Source: an uncultured Verrucomicrobiae bacterium (GTDB taxonomy: Bacteria; Verrucomicrobiota; Verrucomicrobiia; Limisphaerales; Palsa-1400). From it: a DNA stretch of 64,000 nucleotides. Shown piece by piece: positions 10,591 to 18,836 of the stretch. The stretch lies in assembly GCA_963707025.1 (NCBI GenBank), contig CAVPOM010000018.1, positions 288,001 through 352,000 of the forward strand. The letters run 5' to 3'. The notes under the pieces are model-generated. The model saw nothing but the letters and a program-made list of their open reading frames with translations. It was not told where the DNA came from and made no database searches. The position numbers were made by a program, and so were the translations under genes. How positions within the stretch are numbered: the stretch's first letter is position 1; every line of letters starts with the position of its first letter.

Positions 10591-11392
10591 TCAGGCCAAA
10601 ATATCGTTGAAGTCCACATCGAATGCCTTGCTCAAAAACGCCACGGTTTCGGGCTGTCCATCAAGAGACGCACGCACATGGGTGGTCGTGTAGATGCCTG
10701 ATCTGCGCTTCATCTGCGCCTGTTCTCGCGGGAGAGACTTGATCCAATCCACCATCGCAACATATTCCGACTTCTCGGCGGAATCCGAATCGAACAGCCA
10801 TCTGCGGGCACAAGGTGACAAGAGGCTTCCCCTGAATGAAAATCTGATTCACCGGCATTGGCTTGGTCCGTATGCGGCCAATACCAACGTAGCCGCGACC
10901 CTTGAGATACGCGGCGAAGACATCTCCGGGATGAAAACCACAAATAGCCTCCCGCCAACGTTTTTCGTCACCTCCAGCCGCGATGAAACTATAACGGCGA
11001 CAATCATCCCAAGCTCTGCGGTTGCACTCGCCCACATTGAAATAATAAAGACGATTCTGGAAATCGAATCCCGGGAGGTCCCGGTGAAAAGTGTCGTGAG
11101 GTCTAAATCTATCTGAAAAATGCCCAGCAACCTCATTCGTCGTGAACTTACCGAGCTTCCAAAGAAGCGTTGCCTCTACCAGTAAAGCTTGATCCTCCGT
11201 CAAACCGCGCGCGACAACACGAACAATTGGCTGGCATCCAGCGCTACGAATGTCGGCGATCCGCAGCGCTTTCCGCGACTTCCCAACATCCGCCAGATGA
11301 ATGTCTTTCCTGCTCCCACAACCCTTGCCGTAGTAGAATTCCTCGTAGTTGCGAGGATCAATGTAAACGTACACGTAATAGTCGGACATCAT
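10591..11392 (-). CDS. GIY-YIG (LEM-3-like) nuclease, frameshifted near 10795
   Basis: YYVYVYIDPR...YYGKGCGSR and ALLVEATL motifs. One extra base after ATG GCT GTT moves the reading from the 11437 frame to the 10591-10821 frame (DSDSAEKSEYVAMVDW...). Confidence 0.8.
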
Positions 11393-11486
11393 TTTTTCTC
11401 CCAGTATCCTGCCGCGATCCACATAGTCAACCCGCAACTGTCAATTTCCAAGCCCACGGCCACATCTCATGCAACGCGCGAATGCT

Positions 11487-11546
11487 GCCTAACGACATCG
11501 AGTTCAGCGGCGAGCGTAGCGAGTCCGCTGCATCGAGGGGTTAGGC
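11487..11546 (-). mobile_element. Integron attC recombination site (59-base element)
   Basis: Minus strand reads GCCTAAC CCCTC GATGCAGC GGACTCGCTACGCTCGCC GCTGAAC TCGATGTC GTTAGGC. This gives RYYYAAC R'', L''/L' boxes and GTTRRRY R' over 60 bp. The upstream ORF's TAA lies inside R''. Confidence 0.9.
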
Positions 11547-12104
11547 AGGGCCGAGGTAACGCCTGAGGACGGGCAGCCCCGCAGCGAGAGAAAAGGAGCT
11601 GAAATTGAAATCGAGATCTTCAGGTGCGCCACGTGTGAGAACGATCCGGTCTGGCTTATCGAACCCAAAATAGAACATGCGATCACGTTTGCCCGACCGC
11701 GTCCGGAGCGACGACAGTAGATCAACGATTTCCTCCCGCCGAAATAGGAGCATCAACGGTAGCCACCAGGACGATCTGGTGCCGCCGCCGTGGCCAGTTA
11801 CATTCGGATAAAGCGACGCGAGAACGAAGAAGTCTGCTCGCTCCGAAACCGGAAACGCCCGGAACCAGATAACGAACCGAAACTTTGCTTTGTGAGGTTG
11901 TTCGTAGGCGCGCGAATACTTGACTTGCAGCGACGCCGTGCGAGTGACGCCACCACGAAGCCGACGCGAAAGTAGTAGGTCTACGCCTTTCTCTTGGCGG
12001 GACAGCGGCGCGAACACCGAATACCCTTGGCTAGCCGGAAGCGCCTTCATGAGCTGGTCGGCTACAAGCCACTCGGAGTACGGGAGGGTGAGGATTGGCT
12101 CCAT
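11541..12104 (-). CDS. Gene-cassette ORF, putative PD-(D/E)XK nuclease-like protein
   Basis: E(W)..GVDLLL...LQVKYSR resembles the D...(Q/E)xK nuclease core. Ends inside attC. ATG at 12104. Confidence 0.6.
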   Translation of the reverse strand: MEPILTLPYSEWLVADQLMKALPASQGYSVFAPLSRQEKGVDLLLSRRLRGGVTRTASLQVKYSRAYEQPHKAKFRFVIWFRAFPVSERADFFVLASLYPNVTGHGGGTRSSWWLPLMLLFRREEIVDLLSSLRTRSGKRDRMFYFGFDKPDRIVLTRGAPEDLDFNFSSFSLAAGLPVLRRYLGPA

Positions 12105-12122
12105 AGTTAATATAAAACAGGT

Positions 12123-13574
12123 CACAGCCATCCCACAGGAAATTGGAAAAAAGTGTTGGCTTGACCATTTGAACCTGCCACAAGGCAGGCATGAAAAACA
12201 AAAAAATCAAACCAACACGGTCCCGGTTTAACGTTTTGCGCCAGATTTGCAATCTCATTCCTGCGCATGAAGTCTCCAAAATAGCGCGGGAGACCGGGGC
12301 TCTGGATAAGTCGCGCACCTTCAGTCCGTGGAGTCACACGGTCAGTTTGCTGGACGCGCAACTCACCCATTGCATCGGACTCAACGATCTGTGCGACTCG
12401 CTGCAATTGCATTCCGGGCCGCTGTCCACTTTGCGCGGCGCCAGCGCCCCCAGCCGCAACGGCCTCTCCCACGCCAACCGGGAGCGTCCGGCCCAGATGG
12501 CCGAACAACTCTTCTGGCGGGTCCTGGAGCATTTGAAAGCACAGACGCCCGGCTTTGCCGCGGGCCAGCGCCGTGGCCCCGCCTTCCGTTTCAAGATGCC
12601 CATCCATGTGATTGATAGCACGACCATGGAACTGGTGGCCAACTGCCTGGACTGGGCCAAGCACCGCCGGCGCAAGGCCGCCGCCAAAACCCATATGCGG
12701 TTGAATCTGCAGAATCTTTTGCCCGGTTTTGTCATTGTGGACACTGCCGCCGAGCACGACAACCGACGGGCGCGGGAACTGTGCGCCGACTTGAAGAGCG
12801 GCGAAATCGCCTTGTTCGACAAGGGTTATGTGGACTTCGGCCACTTGCGGGATTTGGACGGGCGCGGGGTCTTTTGGGTGACGCGGGCCAAGGAGAACAT
12901 GGGCTATGAGGTGGTGCGGAAAATGCCCGCCTCCAGAGACCCGAAGATTTTGCGCGACGAAGTGATCGTCCTGAGCAACGAGAACAAACCCGCGCCGGAG
13001 TTGATGCGCCGGGTGGTGGCGCTGGTCGAGATTGATGGAGAGGAACGGGAAATGACCTTCCTGACCAACAACCTGGAGTGGAGTCCGCGCAGCGTGGCCG
13101 ACCTTTACCGCTGCCGCTGGCAGATCGAAGTCTTCTTCAAACAAATCAAGCAGACCTTGCAGTTGGCGGATTTTCTGGGCCACAACGCCAACGCCATGCG
13201 CTGGCAGGTGTGGACGGCGCTGTTGACCTACGTGCTGTTGCGCTACCTCAGTCACCTCTCCAACTGGGCGCACAGCTTCACCCGGCTGTTCACGATTTTG
13301 CGGGCGGCGCTCTGGGAGAAATATGATCTGCTCAATTTGCTGGCGTGCTATGGGACAGCAGGCGGCAGCTTTCGCCACTTGGCGCCGGCCCGAGCAGGCG
13401 TATTTCCCCGGCTTCCAATAAAGCTATGGGACAGCACACGCGCCCAAACAGGCGCATACCAAACCCAAAAGCCAAACTCGGAAAAATCAAAATCTCATTT
13501 TACCCCGAAGACCAATTAAACCCTTGCAAATGAACAGGTCAGCACCAGACTTTTCCCCTTATGAGACGGGTGTG
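12123..13574 (+). mobile_element. IS4-family insertion sequence, copy 1
   Basis: Imperfect TIRs CACAGCCATCCCA / TGAGACGGGTGTG. 9-bp TSD AAAACAGGT at 12114-12122 and 13575-13583. Near-identical to copy 2. Confidence 0.95.
12191..13421 (+). CDS. IS4-family DDE transposase (DUF4372 N-terminus); extra C near 13387 extends the ORF to 13519
   Basis: IDSTT, FDKGY and YRCRWQIEVFFKQIKQ (YREK). Copy 2 gives the native ending HLARPEQAYFPGFQ*. Confidence 0.93.
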
Positions 13575-13606
13575 AAAACAGGTTGTTCGAGTATTACAAT
13601 GACCAA

Positions 13607-13840
13607 TTGAATTCTGACGAAGCGGTGCGGCGACTTACGGTAGTTGTTCGACGCAAATATCTTGCGCTCGCGACCGAGCGGACTTGCTGCGCTTGACTCA
13701 GGCGATATTGCGACTTCCTCAAAGGGCTGCCGTTGCATTTGCCAAGTGAACATAAACTGGAACGGTTTCTGACCGTCCCGGCCAAGAACGATGTCGCCGC
13801 AAGAATCCAACGTCAAGCCTTTAACCAGACGAAACGATAA
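13607..13840 (+). pseudogene. intI: Integron-integrase-like tyrosine recombinase, N-terminal (SAM-like) remnant
   Basis: Manual translation gives MNSDEAVRRLTVVVRRKYLALATERTCCA*LRRYCDFLKG...LERFLTVPAKNDVAARIQRQAFNQ. This matches the IntI pattern RRxHYSxxTExxYxxWxRR...FLTxLA...VxASTQNQAxNA. The conserved W is TGA at 13694 and no catalytic domain follows. Confidence 0.72.
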
Positions 13841-14229
13841 AACCCTCTGCCGGTCTCGCCATGCGCGACCCTTTAGATAAACTCTCAAAAGAGCCGATCA
13901 ATTTCGGCAGACGTTCCACCCAAAACTCGACGTTGCAAAACAGCTTGGCCGTGAAATCCTCCGACCATAGTTGGCTCTTGCGCAGATATTTCCGCTTCTC
14001 TGGCGGGGTGTTCGCCAAACGGTATCGCCGCATGACCCGCCGCAGTTTCACCGCCTGGCTTGCGGTCACTTCCCGATCCTCTCGATTGCCAAGCGGCAGG
14101 TGTTCCCGGCCAATCACACCCCAATACCGGCCCGGCTTTTGTTCCATCGCCGGCATTTCCTCTTTGTTCGCCATGTAACGCTTGCCCGCATAAGCAAACG
14201 CGCCCTTGATTTTAAACCCATCTGCGGAT
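13821..14229 (-). pseudogene. Possible rolling-circle replication initiator C-terminal remnant
   Basis: YAGKRYMANKEE...PGRYWGVIGREHLP resembles the YxxKYxxK...GRxWG region of HUH Rep proteins. Recognised by eye; N-terminus absent. Confidence 0.4.
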
Positions 14230-14341
14230 TTAGCCACAAAGGAACGCAATGAACGCAAAGAAACAGGAGAGGAAAACACCGGGGGCTTGGCGCGCTGTCT
14301 TCATGGTGTCGCGGCTCATGACATATTTCTTAATCTGGAAT

Positions 14342-15791
14342 CACACCCGTCTCATAAGGGGAAAAGTCTGGTGCTGACCTGTTCATTTGCAAGGGTTTAA
14401 TTGGTCTTCGGGGTAAAATGAGATTTTGATTTTTCCGAGTTTGGCTTTTGGGTTTGGTATGCGCCTGTTTGGGCGCGTGTGCTGTCCCATAGCTTTATTG
14501 GAAGCCGGGGAAATACGCCTGCTCGGGCCGCGCCAAGTGGCGAAAGCTGCCGCCTGCTGTCCCATAGCACGCCAGCAAATTGAGCAGATCATATTTCTCC
14601 CAGAGCGCCGCCCGCAAAATCGTGAACAGCCGGGTGAAGCTGTGCGCCCAGTTGGAGAGGTGACTGAGGTAGCGCAACAGCACGTAGGTCAACAGCGCCG
14701 TCCACACCTGCCAGCGCACGGCGTTGGCGTTGTGGCCCAGAAAATCCGCCAACTGCAAGGTCTGCTTGATTTGTTTGAAGAAGACTTCGATCTGCCAGCG
14801 GCAGCGGTAAAGGTCGGCCACGCTGCGCGGACTCCACTCCAGGTTGTTGGTCAGGAAGGTCATTTCCCGTTCCTCTCCATCAATCTCGACCAGCGCCACC
14901 ACCCGGCGCATCAACTCCGGCGCGGGTTTGTTCTCGTTGCTCAGGACGATCACTTCGTCGCGCAAAATCTTCGGGTCTCTGGAGGCGGGCATTTTCCGCA
15001 CCACCTCATAGCCCATGTTCTCCTTGGCCCGCGTCACCCAAAAGACCCCGCGCCCGTCCAAATCCCGCAAGTGGCCGAAGTCCACATAACCCTTGTCGAA
15101 CAAGGCGATTTCGCCGCTCTTCAAGTCGGCGCACAGTTCCCGCGCCCGTCGGTTGTCGTGCTCGGCGGCAGTGTCCACAATGACAAAACCGGGCAAAAGA
15201 TTCTGCAGATTCAACCGCATATGGGTTTTGGCGGCGGCCTTGCGCCGGCGGTGCTTGGCCCAGTCCAGGCAGTTGGCCACCAGTTCCATGGTCGTGCTAT
15301 CAATCACATGGATGGGCATCTTGAAACGGAAGGCGGGGCCACGGCGCTGGCCCGCGGCAAAGCCGGGCGTCTGTGCTTTCAAATGCTCCAGGACCCGCCA
15401 GAAGAGTTGTTCGGCCATCTGGGCCGGACGCTCCCGGTTGGCGTGGGAGAGGCCGTTGCGGCTGGGGGCGCTGGCGCCGCGCAAAGTGGACAGCGGCCCG
15501 GAATGCAATTGCAGCGAGTCGCACAGATCGTTGAGTCCGATGCAATGGGTGAGTTGCGCGTCCAGCAAACTGACCGTGTGACTCCACGGACTGAAGGTGC
15601 GCGACTTATCCAGAGCCCGGTCTCCCGCGCTATTTTGGAGACTTCATGCGCAGGAATGAGATTGCAAATCTGGCGCAAAACGTTAAACCGGGACCGTGTT
15701 GGTTTGATTTTTTTGTTTTTCATGCCTGCCTTGTGGCAGGTTCAAATGGTCAAGCCAACACTTTTTTCCAATTTCCTGTGGGATGGCTGTG
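14342..15791 (-). mobile_element. IS4-family insertion sequence, copy 2 (inverted)
   Basis: Same TIRs as copy 1. 9-bp TSD ATCTGGAAT at 14333-14341 and 15792-15800. Confidence 0.95.
14495..15723 (-). CDS. IS4-family transposase, frameshifted near 15617 (one G missing versus copy 1)
   Basis: ORFs 15379-15723 and 14495-15568 together match copy 1. Confidence 0.9.
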
Positions 15792-16614
15792 ATCTGGAAT
15801 TTGTAGCTGCCGAAGTTGATCAAAAGTCCATCCTCAAGCTTGGAAGACTTGAGATAGCCCAGGATTTGCGCAACATGCTCTTCGGTCGTAGCCCGGCACG
15901 CCTTCAACTCCACGACCAAACAGCCCTCCACCAACAAGTCGGCTAAATAGTCTCCGAGCAAAGTCCCGTCCTCATCGTAAACCTTGAGCGGATGCTGCTG
16001 TTTGACCTCGATGCCAGCCTTGCGCAGCCGATGGACGAGAGCGTTTTCATACACCTTCTCCAAGTGCCCGTGCCCGTGATAGACATGAATCGCGTAAGCT
16101 GTTTTCCTCACCACGTCACAGATCTCATTAATCGTTTTCATCTTTTGTGTTCCTTGTGTTCTTTTGTGGCAGTCTCGTTCAGTTTGGTTTCGTCAGGCGT
16201 GTCTTTTCCAAGGCAGTTCAGCGGCGGCACGGATTCACTTTGAAAATCTGACGCGGACGATATTAGCCGCGCCTGCACCGCTTGCAAATCGAAACCGCCA
16301 GGGGACACCGGCATATGCGCTTTAGACAAGCCCAGCGGAGGCGGGGGGCGGCGCTGGGCGCCACCCCGCCGCCTCTCGCTGTCGCCAGCCTGCCCGCCGT
16401 AGGCCCCGCGAAGGCGGGTTGTCACCACATCCGGCCGCAGAACCGGCGAGCAGTGTAGCTCAGTGCCCGGTTCTGCTCGATTTACCGCGCTGCCGGGAGA
16501 TTCCGGAGTTCCAAACCCATTACAGGTTGCCGCGCTCATCGTCCGTTCCCCCTATCGCCAAAATTGCACCAAGAGCAGGCTTGCAAACAATGTCCCGTAC
16601 TGTATGCTTCCAAC

Positions 16615-16848
16615 ATGGCTCTTTCAGTTGAAATGGTCACAGAAGAAGCGATGAATCTGCCGGCAAGCGGACGCGAGTTGCTGGTGGAAAAGCTCCTTGC
16701 CAGTCTGGCAGGCGAGGCAAACCCGACGGTGGAACGCGCCCATTTGGATGATGTTCGGGAGCGCCGCGCCGCTGTCAGCTCTGGCAAGTCGAGGTTTGTT
16801 GAGGGGACAGAAGCAAGCAGGACGGCCCGCGCCGCGGTGCGGACATGA
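16615..16848 (+). CDS. Putative addiction module antitoxin component
   Basis: MALSVEMVTEEAMNLPASGRELLVEKLLASL...ERAHLDDVRERR pattern. ATGA overlap with the toxin gene. Confidence 0.8.
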   Translation: MALSVEMVTEEAMNLPASGRELLVEKLLASLAGEANPTVERAHLDDVRERRAAVSSGKSRFVEGTEASRTARAAVRT

Positions 16849-17137
16849 AGCATCGCTTTGTTGAGGAGGCATTGGACGAATTCATTGCGGCTGGCCGGTA
16901 TTACAACCAGCAGGTTCCGGCCTGGGTGACGCCTTTGTTGATGAGGTTGAAGCCGGTATCCGGGCCATTCTCAATGCCCCTCAGGTTTGGCGTGTGGTCA
17001 AAGACGACGTAAGGCGGTATCTCATCCGCCGTTTTCCATACGGCATTTACTACACCATCGAAGAAGACAACGTCGTTATTTGGGCGGTGAAGCACCTGCA
17101 TCGTGACCCGGACTATTGGCAGCACCGCCGCAAGTGA
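16845..17137 (+). CDS. RelE/ParE-family toxin, frameshifted near 16920
   Basis: Not in the ORF track. Adding one G gives MKHRFVEEALDEFIAAGRYYNQQVPGLGDAFVDEV...RRYLIRRFPYGIYY...WAVKHLHRDPDYW. Confidence 0.82.
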
Positions 17138-17396
17138 AATTCTCACATCGGCCACACTGGTTATCGGGTGGCGGTCGCGATGACGGCGAGGATGTCTCTT
17201 TCATCGGGGCCTGTCCTTTCCCGCGACTGTGCCAGCAATGGCGAGAATGGCCCGCCGCAACGGTTCGCTCGGTTCCGGCCAAGCCTCGATAACTTTCTGC
17301 AAGTCCGGGCAGGCCGGGGAAATTGGTGCGCTTATCGGTGCGTCAGAATCTGTGTTCCCCAGGCAATCTGCCGTTTTTGGCATTCTCAAACCTGGA

Positions 17397-18659
17397 TTAT
17401 TCCGGGTTGCCGCCGATCACAATGCGCGCGCCGCGCTTATAGGTGAGGTAAGAATAGAACCACTGGAAGAGCACGGCGATTTTGTTGCGAAAACCGACGA
17501 GAAAAATCAAATGAATCACCAGCCACGCCAGCCACGCCACCAAACCGGAAAGATGCAACGAACCCACTTGCGCCACCGCCGCCGAACGCCCGATGGTCGC
17601 CATCGTCCCCTTGTCCCAGTAACGGAAGGGCGGGCGGGCGGCCGCGCCGGGGGAGGCGAGTTCTCCTTCGATGATGCGCGCCACATGCCGCGCCATTTGC
17701 ATGGCCGCGGGCGACACTCCCGGCAGCGGCTTGCCCTCCTCTGTCAAAACCAGGGCCATGTCGCCGATGGCAAAGACTTCGGCATGGCCCGGCACACTCA
17801 AGTCGGGATTCACCTTGACGCGCCCCGCCCGGTCCAGTTCCGCCCCCAGCTTTTTCGTCAGCGGCGAGGCCGCGACACCGGCCGCCCAAATAATATTGGC
17901 CGCTCGAATCGTTTCGCCGCTCTCCAACTCCACCTGGCCGGGGCCCAGGCGCTTGACGGCCGCCTGGAGACGCACCTGCACTCCCAGCCCTTCCAACTGC
18001 CCTTGCGCGCTGGCGGACAAATCCGGCGGCAAATGCCCCAGAATCCTCGGCCCGCCTTCGAGCAAAATGACCCGCGCGCGCGCCGGATCAATGCGCCGGA
18101 AATCCGCCCGCAAAACGTGCCGTGCCAATTCCGCAAAGGCGCCCGCCAATTCCACGCCCGTTGGCCCTCCCCCAACCACCACCATGGTCATCAACCGCGC
18201 CTGTTCTTCCGCCGACGTTTCCGTTTCGGCCCTTTCAAACGCGAGCAAAATCCGGCTGCGAATGCGCAGGGCGTCCTCCAACGTTTTCAAGCCCGGCGCA
18301 TGTTCCTCCCATTCGGGATGCCCGAAATAACTGGTGCATCCCCCCAAGGCCAGCACCAGGTAATCGTAAGACAATTCCCCATTTGCCAGGACGACTTTCT
18401 TCTCCGGCAACTTGAAATCCAGGACCGATTCCATCAAGACGGTAATGTTGGGCCGGCGGGAAAGGATGGATCGAATCGGCTGTGCAATTTCGGGGGCGGA
18501 GAGGCCGGCCGTGGCCACCTGGTAAAGGAGAGGTTGAAACAGATGATGATTGGACCGGTCCACCAGCGTCACGCGGGCGGAGGCATGACGGAAGCGATGG
18601 CAGAACTCCAGCCCGCCAAATCCAGCCCCCAAAACGACTATGTGCGCGGGTGGCCGCAT
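17397..18659 (-). CDS. ndh: Type II NADH dehydrogenase
   Basis: VVLGAGFGG, HLFQPLLYQVAT, VVGGGPTGVELAG and YWDKGTMATIGR. Confidence 0.93.
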   Translation of the reverse strand: MRPPAHIVVLGAGFGGLEFCHRFRHASARVTLVDRSNHHLFQPLLYQVATAGLSAPEIAQPIRSILSRRPNITVLMESVLDFKLPEKKVVLANGELSYDYLVLALGGCTSYFGHPEWEEHAPGLKTLEDALRIRSRILLAFERAETETSAEEQARLMTMVVVGGGPTGVELAGAFAELARHVLRADFRRIDPARARVILLEGGPRILGHLPPDLSASAQGQLEGLGVQVRLQAAVKRLGPGQVELESGETIRAANIIWAAGVAASPLTKKLGAELDRAGRVKVNPDLSVPGHAEVFAIGDMALVLTEEGKPLPGVSPAAMQMARHVARIIEGELASPGAAARPPFRYWDKGTMATIGRSAAVAQVGSLHLSGLVAWLAWLVIHLIFLVGFRNKIAVLFQWFYSYLTYKRGARIVIGGNPE

Positions 18660-18836
18660 AACGATCACGACGCTCCCCAGCATTGCTGGACGGCTTATTT
18701 CGTCAACCATTAAAATGGCGCAGCGGCGAGCCGGGAGCATTTTCAATACCACCGCAGCCATCACCTCCCGCCACGAGGCGATGAACGGGTTGGCCTCGTC
18801 CGGTTACAATTTTGTTTAAACCGCGCCAGGCGGCGG

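Larger units (their letters stand above)
14230..16141 (-). pseudogene. GxxExxY (PDDEXK_3) protein interrupted by IS4 copy 2
   Basis: GHGHLEKVYENAL, ADLLVEGCLVVELKA, AQILGYLK and GLLINFG. Removing the IS and one TSD restores FQIKKYVMSRD...FLCG* ending at 14230. Confidence 0.9.

Noticed and set aside
13694..13696. TGA recoded as Trp in the integrase
   Set aside because: TGA terminates many core genes in this window, and the integrase is truncated anyway.
12123..15791. Composite transposon formed by the two IS4 copies
   Set aside because: Each copy has its own distinct 9-bp TSD, so they inserted independently.
16437..16476. tRNA-like GTGTAGCTCAGTG within a hairpin
   Set aside because: No anticodon arm, T-arm or acceptor stem. 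It also lacks attC R boxes.
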